64,000 nt of DNA from positions 87,234,001-87,298,000 of the forward strand of contig OX597814.1 of the NCBI GenBank assembly GCA_951406725.2, written 5' to 3'. Positions 1 to 13,554 of this stretch are shown in pieces (the stretch's first letter is position 1; the number at the start of each line of letters is the position of its first letter). A program made the position numbers and the translations under genes. The notes below the pieces were generated by a model. The model was not told the origin of the DNA and searched no databases. It worked only from the letters and a program-made list of their open reading frames with translations. This stretch comes from Octopus vulgaris. Taxonomy: Eukaryota.

Positions 1-33
1 GTATGGTGATGCTGGTTTGTTGCATTGTTTGTT

Positions 34-328
34 CCTTCTCGAGCCATGCCTGGCTCATAAGGGCCAGTTTCACGGTTTCCTTGGCGTATCAATTCTCCAC
101 CTGGATGGGACGCCGGTCCGTCACAGGTGACCTGCAAGATGCAGGAGGAAAGAGTGAGAGAAAGTTGTGGCGAAAGAGTCAGCAGAAGTTTGCCATTACC
201 TTCTGCTGGAGCCGCATGGAGCTTAGGTATTTCGCTCAAAAACACATGCATTGCCCGGTCTGAGATTCGAACCCACAATCCCTCGATCACAAGTCCGCTG
301 CTCTAACCACTTGGCCATGTGCGTCCAC
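34..328 (-). mobile_element. tRNA-derived SINE
   Basis: A box TGGCCAAGTGG and B box GGTTCGAATC on the minus strand; same family as 30037-30331. Confidence 0.8.
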
Positions 329-541
329 AGTTTGTTGCATGGAAGTGTTTGTGTGTTATATAGATGTGTTGGTGTATTTCAGGCTGGTATTGATATCATG
401 TGTGACATTGTTGGTCTGTTGTGTGATAGTAAATATGATATTGCTTTGATGTAAAAGTCTGGAAACTTTCTCTTCTAAAGTGAAAAAGCAATGATTCTGT
501 AGTAACTTCTTATCATGTCACCTCTGTTCTTTTATTACCAG

Positions 542-673
542 ATTACATTGAATCCTTGCCCTTGATCAACACTCCCGAGGTCTTTGGTCTTCATCCCAAT
601 GCTGAGATAGGTTATTATACCCAAGCTGCTCGGGATATGTGGTTACATCTGATAGAGCTTCAGCCTCAGACAA
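542..673 (+). CDS. DNAH10: Axonemal dynein heavy chain (DNAH10-like), first exon visible in window
   Basis: ccag| acceptor at 541 and |gtaagt donor at 674. Encodes YIESLPLINTPEVFGLHPNAEIGYYTQAARDMWLHLIELQPQT; PEVFGLHPNAEI is a dynein C-terminal motif. Confidence 0.93.
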
Positions 674-703
674 GTAAGTGTGTATACATATATGTATACA
701 CTT

Positions 704-794
704 GCATACATACATACACACATACACACATACATACATACATACATACGTACACACATGCGTACATACATACATATGTACATACGTACATACA

Positions 795-826
<32 letters not shown>

Positions 827-882
827 CACATACATACATACATACATATATACATACATACATACATACATACATACATACA

Positions 883-913
<31 letters not shown>

Positions 914-925
914 GTATGTACATAC
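704..925. repeat. (ACAT)n microsatellite
   Basis: Read directly from the sequence. Confidence 0.95.
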
Positions 926-1301
926 ATGCATGCATGATCATGATGATTACCTCATCTTGTCAGATGATAGCCATCTCACGTAAGAAAAAAAACGGAGAAA
1001 TGAAATGAATAATGAAACATCTGTACGCCATTGGATTTAAGTGACAAAAGTTTGTAGAACGTTTTCACCACTCCCTCAGTCACCATAGTCGGTTCAATGA
1101 CAAGCCTTGCAAGATAACTGGTATTATTTTGATTGCAAGTTTTGTCAGTATTTTTTTCTAGTAGAGCTGTTTTCCCCATGGCTTTGTCAAAAACAATGAG
1201 AGCATCCTTTATATATATACACACATATACACACTGGTTCAATTTCCACTCATTTACTTATTTATTTTTTCTAAAATTTTTGTTACATTTTGCAACCTCT
1301 T

Positions 1302-2155
1302 TAATAATAATAATAATAATAATTGTGTACAGTGCTCAGGTGCACTACAACTCATCTAAAGTGTATATATAATCAGGTGTAGTTTTGGCGGATTTCGGAA
1401 AGCATGCAGTGTCATGGCAGTCAACAACTGACGCAGGCAGTTTATTCCATGCTTCAGCAACTCTGAGCGTGAAAAAATGTTTCCGAAAGTCATGGGAGCT
1501 GTGTTGTTTTCTGACTTTGTAGGCATGTCCACGTGTGTTAGACACATGGAGATCAAAAAGGTGTTCAGTGTTGTTGTTGGTGAGGTGGTTGATAACTTTG
1601 TGGGTGTTTACCAAGTCCGTCGCCAGACGCCGGAGCTTCAGTGAATCCATGCCCAGGGAAACAAGGCGCTCAGAATATGGTAGGTGTCTGATGGAGGGTA
1701 TGCGTTTGGTTGCACATCTCTGGACAGATTCCAGGAGGTCAATGTTCTGAGCAAGATAGGGGTTCCAAACTGAAGTGTGGTCGTACCATAGCTGTCTACA
1801 GTTTTAAATAGATGGCTGGAGAGCGGCTAACAAAAGTCTTGCTGAGTGATGCCAAGACACCCTTGGCCTTCTTGACAATTTTAGAGATATGCTTTGTCCA
1901 ATGCAAATCACTGCTGACAGTGATGCCTAGGTCACGCTCGCAAGAGGATTTCTTGATATCAGTGTTGTGGAGGGTGTATGTGGACGCAGGGTTTTTTCTC
2001 CCAAAATGCATGGTGGTACACTTGTCCACAGCCAGTTTCAGTTGCCAGTCTGTGATCCATTGCTGCATTGTGTCTAGGTCTGATTGCAGGAAAGAGTTGT
2101 AGACATCAGGATCTGTCCTCTTGATTTCAAGGTACAGCTTGATAGTCGTTGACTC
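1302..2155 (-). mobile_element. CR1-type LINE 3' fragment
   Basis: ERDLGITVSSDLHW..HI..IVKKA, LKLRRLATDL, TRGHAYKV and FFTLRVAEAWNKLP motifs; (TAT)n tail. Confidence 0.88.
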
Positions 2156-2404
2156 TGTTTGTTATCAGAGCTGCATTATTTTTGTTGTTTGTTTGTGCAC
2201 ATGTATATGTGTCAGTGTGCATGTTTCAGTGTGTTTATGTGTATGGGTTTGTGTGACTATGTACATGCGTCTGTTATATGTGTGTCTCCATATGTGTCCT
2301 TGTGTGTGTGTGTGTGTGTGTGTGTATGGTCACATGTTTCAGCATTCATTTCTGTATGTATGTGTGTGCTTGTCTGTCTGTATTACCTATCCAAGCACCT
2401 GAAG

Positions 2405-3430
2405 GTGCTTGGATAAAATGCAGATGCTAATTCCATTCACCAATGTATCAAGGTAACTATAGATTACTCCACTAGGCACCCTAACAATAGACCCCCTGTC
2501 CTTGATACTAAACTTTGGTTAGAGACTGGACAACAGAGTGCAGCTCCTCCACTCCTCTTACATGAAACCCATAGCTTCTAAATATGTTGTTCCCAAGAAC
2601 CCAGCTTTGTCACACAACATGACAATCAACATATTGATAGCAGACTTAGGATAAGTCCCACTATGCAAATCCTATGAAACAAAGGAACATGTACAGAACT
2701 GCATGCAATTCTCTGGGTATGACCAGAAATATAGGGTTCAGGTGTACAGGGGAGCTAGAAAAAAGTTAGACAGCATATGTGTAATGAAACTAGTGGTACC
2801 TGCCCTAGATATAGAAGTAAAGACTGGAATAGGATACAAAGAATTTGTGACAAAACAAACAGGGTGAACACGTGGTACAAGACCAACAAATATCAAGGAG
2901 TGATGTTTGTAGGGGCTATAACCCATGGAGAACTAGCCTGAAGATTTAGGAAAGCTCTGAAGGTGGCCAAACTCAACATTAAGATCGTTGAAAACCCAGG
3001 GCACTCCATCAGACCACAACTATGTAGGATGTACCCCTTTGAGAATACCACATGCACCAATGATAACTGCATGGTATGTAAGATTAACCCTGGCATTAAA
3101 TGTAGAATTAGAAATGTAGTCTACAGCTTAAGGTGTATAGAAAGTACTTGTAAAGACAAGAATATGATATACAAAGGTGAGACATCTAGAAGCATTGCTG
3201 AGTGACAAAATGAACATTTAAAACAATATGATGACAAAAAACAGTCCTCTGTACTCTACCAACATGCCAAAGGCCAACATGGAGGCACACTGGTCAACTT
3301 GACATCTGCATTTTATCCAAGCACACAAAGGATCCAACATGCAGACAAATACAGGAGTATGTCGTCATAAATAAATAATCCCCAGTTCTAAATAGGAAAT
3401 ATACATGGAAAGTAGGCATACGCCAATACC
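2405..3430 (+). mobile_element. Penelope-like element remnant (RT C-terminus plus GIY-YIG endonuclease)
   Basis: PVLDTKLW and YMKPIAS fragments; Cys-rich linker; NVVYSLRC...IYKGETSRSIAE*..EH; contains stops and frameshifts. Confidence 0.8.
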
Positions 3431-4331
3431 CACAGTTTATATATACATAGGTAGAGTTATTAGTAGATGTATATATGTAGACGTATATAAATACAATATA
3501 TGTAGGTAAATAGAAATGTAAGTAAACAGATAGATAAATAGATAGATAGGTACACAAATAAACAAACAAAAAGAACGCAGCTCTGATAATAGACAGAGTC
3601 AATGACTATTGAAGAGGTTGCAAGATACAACAAAAATTTTAGAAAAAATAAGTAAATGAGTGGAAATCAAACCGGTGAGTGTGTTAAGTAATAAAGCACT
3701 AAAAGAGAATGACTCTCCCCAGACAGAATAAAATATGCTTCAACACACGAATTCACACAAAGAATCTTGCAAACCAAATACAAAAATGTAAAAATGTTTC
3801 CAAAATGTTTCTAGTTTCCAAAATTTTCCAAAGTCTTTGGTTGATGGGGATATATAATCCAAGCAGGTAACATATGCACTTCTATTGATTGATAATGCTG
3901 GTTAACATTTGTGAACCTATGTACTTTCAATTGGTTAGTTTAACTATTCTTTGTATTTTCTCACACCTGAAAGTACAATTGTTTGTAAAGAGACTATGCT
4001 TTTCAATAGAGGAGAATAGAGAATATCTAATTTTTTATTAAGCAGTCATTTATGACTACTTGATAAAGATTTGGATATTCTCTGTTTTCTTTAAACTGAT
4101 TCATTATATATATATACATAAAATAAACTCAGTACAAGGTAAAACAGTTTCTTTTATAGGGATGGAAAAATTAAAAGAGAATGGAGATTTACAATTGACA
4201 TATTTTAAATATAATTTATTAACATAATATATTACAATAAATATAGTATTATATAATATGAATAGAAATACAAATATTAATCCTACTAATTGTTTTGATT
4301 CATACCCAATAATGAATTTATAAAAAAATCA

Positions 4332-4623
4332 TATTACGGAGATGTACTTGCATAGCAAGTGACTTGATCCGAAATCGTGTGCTGGAACAAAAACAATTGC
4401 AGCGTGGAAAGTGTTTATAAGCCATTTAAGAAACACACAAAAACCGTTAGATTCACTTCAACATTTAAATTTAATTTGTCAAAATATTTTCGTTGCTTTG
4501 AGACCGCGAACAGGTTGCGGTCTCAAAGCGACGAAAATATTTTGACAAATTAAATTTAAATGTTGAAGTGAATCTAACGGTTTTTGTGTGTTTCTTAAAT
4601 GGCTTATAAACACCTTCCACGCT
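4332..4623. repeat. Dispersed repeat folded into a palindrome with 107-bp arms
   Basis: 4401-4507 is the reverse complement of 4517-4623 (about 2 mismatches). Same family at 19165-19232, 26530-26594 and 61648-61840. Confidence 0.85.
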
Positions 4624-4785
4624 ACAAAAAAGTCATAGTTATTGGTATGAATCTCTTCAGGGAAATATTTGACAAAATATGACAAAATTACATGTAAGGA
4701 TTGTTAAATCCAAGAATAAACTGCATTAAATATGTTTGTATGTGTGAGCATAAATAATTTTAAAATATAATAAAAATAAAATGAT

Positions 4786-5109
4786 AGTGAAAGCACATGG
4801 CTTAGTGGCTGGGGTGTCAGGCCCACAATCATGAGATAGTGAGTTTCATTCCCAGACTGGGTTGTGTGTTGTGTTCTTGAGCAAGACACTTTATTTCACG
4901 TTGCTCCAGTTCTCCCAGTTGTAGAAATGAGTTGCAGCATTACTGGTGCCAAGCTGTATTGGCCTTTGCCTTTCTCTTGGATAATATGAGTGACATAGAG
5001 GAGGGAAGCTGGCATGTATAAGCAACTGCTGGTCTTCCATAAACAACCTTACCCAGATTTGTGCCTTGCGGGGTAACTTTCCAGGTGCAATTCTATGGTC
5101 ATTCATACC

Positions 5110-5110
<1 letters not shown>
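4786..5110 (+). mobile_element. tRNA-derived SINE, decayed
   Basis: tggcttagtgg A-box-like head and cttgagcaagacactttatttcac core. Confidence 0.65.
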
Positions 5111-5146
<36 letters not shown>

Positions 5147-5404
5147 CTTTTATTAAAGATGCAAAATTATCACAACACTGTTACTCAGAGTTTCACCTTC
5201 CCATTCATAGGATGGCTGTGACACAGCTGTCTGACAAACAGGAACGTAAAACTGAGTATCACTTTTGTGATAATTGTGCAGCTTTAGTAAAAGCACATTA
5301 CTCTACCTTTGATATTTGAGTACAGTTTTTTTCCACCTTGTTTTGCACTTATGTGCTCATCTGTGTGTGTGTGTGTGTGTGTGTTCGTGTGTGTGTGTAT
5401 ATAT

Positions 5405-5640
5405 ATCATCATCATCGTTTAACGTCCATTTTCCATGCTAGCATGGGTTGGAAGGTTCGACCGGGGTCTGGGAAGTCATGAGGCTGCACCAGGCTCCAGT
5501 CTGATCTGGCAGTGTTTCTACAGCTGGATGCCCTTCCTAACGCCAACCACTCCATGAGTGTAGTGGGTGCTTTTTACGTGCCACTGGCACAGGCGCCAGG
5601 GGAGGCTGGCAACGGCCATGATCAGCTGGTGCTTATTTAC
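5405..5640 (-). mobile_element. RTE LINE 3'-end fragment
   Basis: Reverse complement of the RTE tail at about 17770-17935, ending in (GAT)n. Confidence 0.7.
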
Positions 5641-7204
5641 ACACACACACACACACATTCTTTAATTTGTTGGTCTGATGAGAGGTAGCCAGAGAAATGA
5701 AGAATAAGAGAATTAGAGGAGGCTAAAATATTCATACATGTAAAATCAGCATGTTATAGAAGGCTATGGCAATGTACACTGATTTTGTTTTTTACATATT
5801 CCACAATGCATCATACAAACTTGAACACTCATCTATTCCTATATATATTTATACATACATATATTTGTACAAACAACAAACATTAAGCAAAGATATTAAA
5901 TATGAACATACCTAACAATACAGATACACAAAATGATGAAACATATCACCAATCTGTGGTTATCAATAATTCTTTTCATTTTTACTTTCCTTCCTGTCCT
6001 AAAGAATACGTATATCCTGTCAGACCAGGTAGGAGTATCGTGTGCTGTGATATTGATGCATGTTTTGGATTTGCTGTGGCCTCAGAATGTCACATCATAG
6101 TCTTATTTGGTTTTCATTTTTGTTTCTTTTTTTTTTTTAATTATTTAGTAATTTTATTTAGATGCTATGTATGTAGGATATTCTGTTTGAAGCTTGTAGC
6201 AGACAATCTTCTACCTATCTCTCTCTCTCTTTCTCTCTTCTCTCTCCCTTTCTCTCTTTTTTCTTCCTCTCCTCCTCTCTTTACTTTCCTGGCGTGTTTA
6301 CCCAAGATAAAAATTTGCACCTATGCATGCTGTTTGTTATGATTTATTTCTTGCACCAAAAAGGCTCCAACTTAGTAGATATTTGCTGCCTGGTTAATGA
6401 AAGTTCAACAGGAATTTTTAGAGAAAAATACACTGAAGTGGGTCTACAGTTACTGCTCTCAGGTCTACTCTAGGACTTGAACTTATCTGTGTATGTTGTT
6501 AAATGACTTAATAATTATCCATTGTTTCCTTTCTTTAAACCACTGAAGTTTATCTACATGTTTTAATGGATTGGATTAGCCTAAGTTAAGGGAACTGATC
6601 ATGGATATTCATAGTATTGGTGACAGGACAAGAACAATTAATATCTTTGATCAGTGGTTTGACACCTCACCTACTTGTCTGCCAATCACTGACATCTAAA
6701 GTATGAGCACAGTGAAATATAAGCACCATGTTATGACAATTCAGTTTGGTAGTGAGCTACCAACACCAGAGAACTCTTAGAAAAATATATCAGCAATAGC
6801 CAAAAATATATATATTTGTATATTCTGTTGGTCATTGCTTTGCTCCTTATCAACCTTAATTTGAAATTGAAAATGCTTAGTAGAGGTCATTTTGGACATT
6901 TAATACCAGGTGATTAGTGGCCATTTACAACACATACTTTTATATTTACCTTATAATTTCATTCCAGTGTTACATAATATAAAATATCAAAGCCTTTCAC
7001 AGTACATTTCTCACCTATTCTTTTTTTCATTTGAACCACTATATTTTATTATAGAAATACACAACATCAGTTTCTATCAAATGTCAATAGTTTTGTACTG
7101 ACTGAAACAGACAAACTGAGAAAAATTAGCAACATCACTAACCTTCCATTTTCTGAAGCAGAAACCATATTTAAATTGCTTTAACCATTGCTATTCACTT
7201 CCAG

Positions 7205-7416
7205 GTGAAACAGGGTCAGGAATAAGTCGAGAGCAATTCATTGGCAAAATAGCGACTGAAATTCTGAATAAGATGCCTGCTGAGTTTGATAATGACAAGA
7301 TTAAGAAAAAGTTTGGTTTGAATATAACCCCAACAACTGTAGTTTTGTTGCAGGAACTTGAAAGATTCAATCTACTTATTAGACGCATTAAGAGATCTTT
7401 AACAATGTTGATCCGA
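7205..7416 (+). CDS. DNAH10: DNAH10-like exon
   Basis: ccag| ... |gtaagt, phase 1 matches the previous exon. Encodes SETGSGISREQFIGKIATEILNKMPAEF...TPTTVVLLQELERFNLLIRRIKRSLTMLIR. Confidence 0.93.
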
Positions 7417-7581
7417 GTAAGTAAAAGTTTAGCCCTTTAACTATGAAATTGAATTCCACAATTATTAGATGTCTACCAAAAAATAGAATTGGTGTTTCTG
7501 AAAGTCACATTGCCTTAATAAACTTGACATATTTCAACAAAAATATAGCTTCAAATATGACATTTTTCAATAAAAGATATA

Positions 7582-7958
7582 TCTTTATATATAAAAGAGA
7601 GGTTGTGTGCTGTCTGTCTCCTACGATTTAGATTCCTAACTACTCCCACATTTTGCAGTGCAGTTTAACCAAAACCGGGTATCTTATAGTCGTGATTGAT
7701 ATTGAGCCCTTCTGGGTATTAGCGCGTGTCTACGATGAGTCTACGATTTAAAAAAAAATTTACCATCAATTTTTCCCATTTCTAATGCATTTTTGGCATA
7801 TATAAGGGAAGTAACTCTCTAAAAATTTATTATTAAATCTCAGAACGTAAAAAGCTACAGTAACACCCCCCTTTGTGGTTAGCCATATTGAGATGGCTAT
7901 TATACTTTACATCTCTAAAAATGCTTATATAGTTATTTCCCTTACAAACCCGAGCAAG
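7582..7958 (+). mobile_element. Non-autonomous Helitron-like fragment
   Basis: A|TCtttatatataaaag start; CpG-retaining body; ends at aacccgagcaa without a complete 3' hairpin. Confidence 0.45.
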
Positions 7959-8299
7959 TTGGTATATAAAACTGCTTTCTGCAGTTAAGGGTAATGAAAT
8001 TTTGTGTGGATATATTGTATATTTCTGCAATGAAAAGATAAAATAGTTGTTATTCTGTTGCTTTCACTCTTAGTAGTTTTATTACTTGCATCTCTTGTAC
8101 ATCTTAGAAAATAGTCCTTCTGTATCTTTCAGTGTCACAGTTATATGTAAAGTAGCATCACCACCTAGAATGGAACATTAGATGTAAAATATCAAATAAT
8201 AATAATAATAATGATGCTTTAAAATTTTGGCAGAAAGCCAGCAATTTTAGGAGAAGAGGTAAATATCATCAAACCCAATGCTTGACTAATACTGATTTA

Positions 8300-8445
8300 A
8301 TTGATCCCCAACAAGATGAAAGGCAAAGTCAACCTCTACAGTATTTAAACCCAGACTGTAAAGCCAGAAGAAATGCTGATAAGCATTTTGTCTGGCACAG
8401 CAACAATTCTGCCAGCCTGCATTATTATTTTTATCATTATTATTG

Positions 8446-8479
<34 letters not shown>

Positions 8480-8787
8480 GACTCTTGGATAGTTCTTAAT
8501 TACTGGTTGTTCTTTACTTGAAAGCAGGCAATGACAAATCCCCAAAGGTTTCAAGTCGTGTTTTTTCCTGTGACTCAAAGAAACAATACTCTCCTTAGAT
8601 GTGAGCTGTACCAAACATATTCTGTCTTCTGGGTCTCTTCGAACCTAACAGCAGCTCCAATAGTCTTAATATGTTTTTCAAAGCTGTTGGAAACTGCTCC
8701 TAATGCTCCAATTACCACCAGTATCACCATTACTCTCCTCATGCCCCATAACTTTCCTATCTTGTCCTGCAGTGGCTGGTATTTCTC

Positions 8788-8821
<34 letters not shown>

Positions 8822-9621
8822 GGTGGTGAGCTGAGAGAATCATTAGTATGCTGGAAAAAATGCTTAGTGCCACTTCTTCCATCTTTTAGATTCTGAGTTC
8901 AAATTCTGCGTAGTCAAATTTACCTTTCGTCCTTTTGGGGTCAATGAAATAAGTACCAGTTGAACACTGGTGTTGATGTGATCGACTAGAACCCCCTCCC
9001 CCAAAATTTCAGGCCTTGTGCCTTTAGTAGAAAGGATTATTATTGAAGTAGCATAAATATTTCTCCTCCCCGCAAATTTCAGGCCTTGTACCTTGAGTAG
9101 AAAGGATTTTTATTATTTTAAAAGGCAGCAAGCTGGCAGAATCATTAGCACGCTGAACAAAATGCTTAGTGGCATTTCATCTGTCTGCATGTTTTGGGTT
9201 CAAATTCCGCCAAGGTCGACTTTGTCTTTCATCCTTTCAGGGATCAATAAATTAAGTAGCACTTGAACACTGGAGTCAATGAAATCAACTAGCACCCTCC
9301 CCCAAAATTCCTGGCCTTGTGCCAAAATTTGAAATCATCATCATCATTATTATTATTATTAACAACAACAACATAACACTACTACTAATAATAATGATAC
9401 TACTACAAAGAAATCGTACTGTTCTAATCTACATACTAACATAAAACATGGAACTCATACTATTCTAAGCTATTCATTGATCCCCAACAAGATGAAAGGC
9501 AAAGTCAACCTCTACAGTATTTAAACCCAGACTGTAAAGCCAGAAGAAATGCTGATAAGCATTTTGTCTGGCACAGCAACAATTCTGCCAGCCTGCATTA
9601 TTATTTTTATCATTATTATTG

Positions 9622-9655
<34 letters not shown>

Positions 9656-9963
9656 GACTCTTGGATAGTTCTTAATTACTGGTTGTTCTTTACTTGAAAG
9701 CAGGCAATGACAAATCCCCAAAGGTTTCAAGTCGTGTTTTTTCCTGTGACTCAAAGAAACAATACTCTCCTTAGATGTGAGCTGTACCAAACATATTCTG
9801 TCTTCTGGGTCTCTTCGAACCTAACAGCAGCTCCAATAGTCTTAATATGTTTTTCAAAGCTGTTGGAAACTGCTCCTAATGCTCCAATTACCACCAGTAT
9901 CACCATTACTCTCCTCATGCCCCATAACTTTCCTATCTTGTCCTGCAGTGGCTGGTATTTCTC

Positions 9964-10000
<37 letters not shown>

Positions 10001-10657
10001 GGTGGTGAGCTGAGAGAATCATTAGTATGCTGGAAAAAATGCTTAGTGCCACTTCTTCCATCTTTTAGATTCTGAGTTCACATTCTGCGTAGTCAAATTT
10101 ACCTTTCGTCCTTTTGGGGTCAATGAAATAAGTACCAGTTGAACACTGGTGTTGATGTGATCGACTAGAACCCCCTCCCCCAAAATTTCAGGCCTTGTGC
10201 CTTTAGTAGAAAGGATTATTATTGAAGTAGCATAAATATTTCTCCTCCCCGCAAATTTCAGGCCTTGTACCTTGAGTAGAAAGGATTTTTATTATTTTAA
10301 AAGGCAGCAAGCTGGCAGAATCATTAGCACGCTGAACAAAATGCTTAGTGGCATTTCATCTGTCTGCATGTTTTGGGTTCAAATTCCGCCAAGGTCGACT
10401 TTGTCTTTCATCCTTTCAGGGATCAATAAATTAAGTAGCACTTGAACACTGGAGTCAATGAAATCAACTAGCACCCTCCCCCAAAATTCCTGGCCTTGTG
10501 CCAAAATTTGAAATCATCATCATCATTATTATTATTATTAACAACAACAACATAACACTACTACTAATAATAATGATACTACTACAAAGAAATCGTACTG
10601 TTCTAATCTACATACTAACATAAAACATGGAACTCATACTATTCTAAGCTATTCATT
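8300..10657 (+). repeat. Near-perfect tandem duplication, unit about 1.18 kb
   Basis: 8300-9475 repeats at 9476-10654. Differences I found: one extra ATT unit and one A/C substitution. Confidence 0.95.
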
Positions 10658-10889
10658 TTTATACTCAGGTTTTCACCAGTCATTGTAATCCCCACTCCCT
10701 ACTCGTGCCTTCATGGTAATACATGACCACGTATACTATGACCTCTGTATCTTTTTCTTCCTTACTCTACCATCACATCTATGCTCTGATCCTTGTTACT
10801 TGTAAGTATACCCTTTACCATCTCTCTCCTGTTTTCTCTTGAACTTTTGTTGTTTCCCACACTCTCTCTTTCCCTTGCTCTTCCCTCTG

Positions 10890-11310
10890 ACTGGGTAGCC
10901 ATGTATCTCCTCTACAGCAGCACACTTGTTTCTGCCTTCATTCTTGATCACACTCTCTCTCCTTCTCTTGCTTTTCCCTCTAGCTAGGTAACCAAGTATC
11001 TCCTCTACATTAGCACACCTGTTTCTATCCTCTTTCTTGTACCTCTCTCTCTCCCTCACTGAGTAACCATGTACCTCCTCCATAGCAAGATACCTGTTTC
11101 TACCACTTTATTTCTCTGTCATGCTCTAATCTTTCATCATGTGACACTGGATCATCTCCACCAGTACCCCCTCCATTATAGCAAGACACCTGTTTCTGCC
11201 TCTCTGTATCTCTGTCACACTCTAAGCTTTAATCATCTGACACATATTCCCTCATCAAATGTCCCTGCTTCTCTCAAAATACTTCATCTTGCTAGTTACT
11301 TGATGTTAAA
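10890..11310. repeat. Degenerate tandem repeat, 4 copies of about 70-100 bp
   Basis: Recurring gtatctcctc...agcacac/aagacacctgtttct motif. Confidence 0.5.
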
Positions 11311-11408
11311 TGATGATGATGATGTTGAATTAAAAAAATGCACAATAGCTACTTGCATTTTGTTTCTGCAATGATCTTTTTCTGATTGTTTTTTTTTTTT
11401 TAATAAAG

Positions 11409-11576
11409 GCATTGAATGGGGAAGTTGGAATGAGCAGTGAACTAGATGATGTTGCTAGATGTCTGTTTAATGGAGCTATTCCAAGTATTTGGCGAAGACT
11501 GGCCCCACCTACTTTGAAAACACTTGGAAATTGGATGGCTCACTTTGAAAAACGATACAGACAATACAATGGTTGG
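11409..11576 (+). CDS. DNAH10: DNAH10-like exon
   Basis: aag| ... |gtgagc, phase 0. Encodes ALNGEVGMSSELDDVARCLFNGAIPSIWRRLAPPTLKTLGNWMAHFEKRYRQYNGW. Confidence 0.93.
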
Positions 11577-11927
11577 GTGAGCTACTTTCTATCTTAACCA
11601 TTTTGATACCTGTCTGCCTGAAACTACCCCTGGTTCCATGATTCAAACTGCTTGTCTTTAAGTGAACTAATTTTGTGTTAATTTATATTCCAGAAACCCA
11701 ACATAATAATGACAAAGATAAATTCTTTATTGTTTACAGAATCAATTGAAACAAATGCAGTATATCTCAACAGAAATATAACAAAACAGTTAAAGCACTG
11801 ATTAAAAAATATTTTTAATTGTTTTCCTTCTTCAACTGTTTCAATTATTGCAGCTCTCTAGTGTTGCTTCTCTCCATGAATCCCATAGATCAAACAATTA
11901 TTTTTCATCTATATTCTTATTATCCAG

Positions 11928-12108
11928 GTAAATGATGGTGAACCACATGCAATGTGGTTGTCTGGCTTGCATATTCCAGAATCCTATCTAACAGCATTGG
12001 TACAAGCAACTTGCCGGAAGAATGGATGGCCACTGGACAAATCAACATTGTTTACATCAGTAACTCAGTATCCAACTATAGATGATCTTACAGACAGATC
12101 ACACATAG
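11928..12108 (+). CDS. DNAH10: DNAH10-like exon
   Basis: ccag| ... |gtaacc. Encodes VNDGEPHAMWLSGLHIPESYLTALVQATCRKNGWPLDKSTLFTSVTQY...; WLSGLHIPESYLTALVQ is as I recall it in DNAH10. Confidence 0.95.
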
Positions 12109-12163
12109 GTAACCTCAGTACCAGTATTTTTGTAGCTTCAGATAACAAAAGTTTACTTGTATC

Positions 12164-13032
12164 CAGGGCCAGATCTTATGTATGAGCCAATATAAGCCAT
12201 GGCTCAGAAGCCCCTTGAACTCAGAGAAGCATAAAGCTTGTAGTTAAAAATGAAAAAATATATTTCCAGCAATCAGATATATAATTTATAATTTAAAAAA
12301 AAAGTGTCTAATAGAATTCTTGGCAGAATTCTGGTTTAAGCAACCCTTATACCCACTCATGGAATTTTCAGAAAACTTTTGTGAATTTGTGTTCTACACA
12401 GGGGATTTCATATGATTTTGAAAAAAAAATTATTTAAAAAATTCTTCAAAACCTCATCCCCCATAAATCCTAAAAGTTTTGCTATTTTACAAATTTAAAA
12501 AAAAAAATCAGAGTTTAAAATATGGACAGTCTGAATTTTTTGCTTGAATCCCAGCAATGGGCTATTTTTCAGTGCATCACTGTTCCATTAAATGTGTTTA
12601 TGGGAAGAATAATATTGAAAAGCATCAGTAAATGTCAGAGTGACAAAGAAACAAGGAAGGTATCAGGTGGTCATGAGATGTGCTAAAAGCAACAACCAAA
12701 TTGCCTTTAAATCACAATCACACATAAAATAAATTTTTCTTTGCATAATTGTATGAATTTCTGTGTGTAAAACATGAATTCATAAAAGTTTTCTGAAAAT
12801 TCTCAAAATTAAAGAAGTTATGAGGAGTTATATGGGATGCTTAATCCAGAATTCCATCAAATTCTTTCAAAATTATTAAGCCATCTTTTGATTTATTGAG
12901 CTTGTTTAGATTTTAAAAGCCCTTTTAAGTTTTGGAGTCCTTTTTATCATCTTATGTTTTGAATTAGATAAATATTTGGGACCTCCAAAACCTATTGGCC
13001 TAGGAGTCTACTGGGTTTTTAATCCAGCTCTG
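12164..13032. mobile_element. hAT-type non-autonomous element with a nested long-TIR MITE (about 12313-12865)
   Basis: Ends cagggccagat / atccagctctg; perfect 8-bp TSD cttgtatc (12156-12163 and 13033-13040); inner imperfect inverted repeats of about 100 bp. Confidence 0.8.
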
Positions 13033-13554
13033 CTTGTATCTGACAGATGGGAAGGGGTAATCAAAATTGTTGATGTTGAGTTTGAAAAGACTGAGGTATT
13101 GCGAAAATACATGAATGTATCTTTTATCTTTTATTTGTTTCAGTCATTAGACTGTGGCCATGCTGGGGCACTGCCTTGAAGAATTTTAGTCAAATGAATC
13201 GACCTCAGTACTTTTTTTTTAAGCCTGGTACTTATTCAATTGACTGCTTTTGCTGAACTGCTAAGTTACAAGGATGTAAACACACCAACACCAGTTTATT
13301 AAGCGGTGATGGGGAAACAAACACAGACACAAAGACACACACTCATAGACATATGCATATGTATATATTTATATATATATATATATATATATACAACTTA
13401 TAAACAAGGGCTACAGAAAATTATTTCTATGCCAATATGCTGATAACAGACTTTTAAATCGTCAATTTCCACATATTATTTACTCTCTACAGAAAATATG
13501 TAGAGCTGAATCGAGGAAAGCTAGCCAACAGGATTTTAAAAAAAAAGTTTGTTA

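Noticed and set aside
566-1008. Long ORFs of YIHT/MYVC repeats, also near 18.5-20, 40.4, 51.5, 54.8 and 61.7-62.9 kb
   Set aside because: They are translations of microsatellites that lack stop codons.
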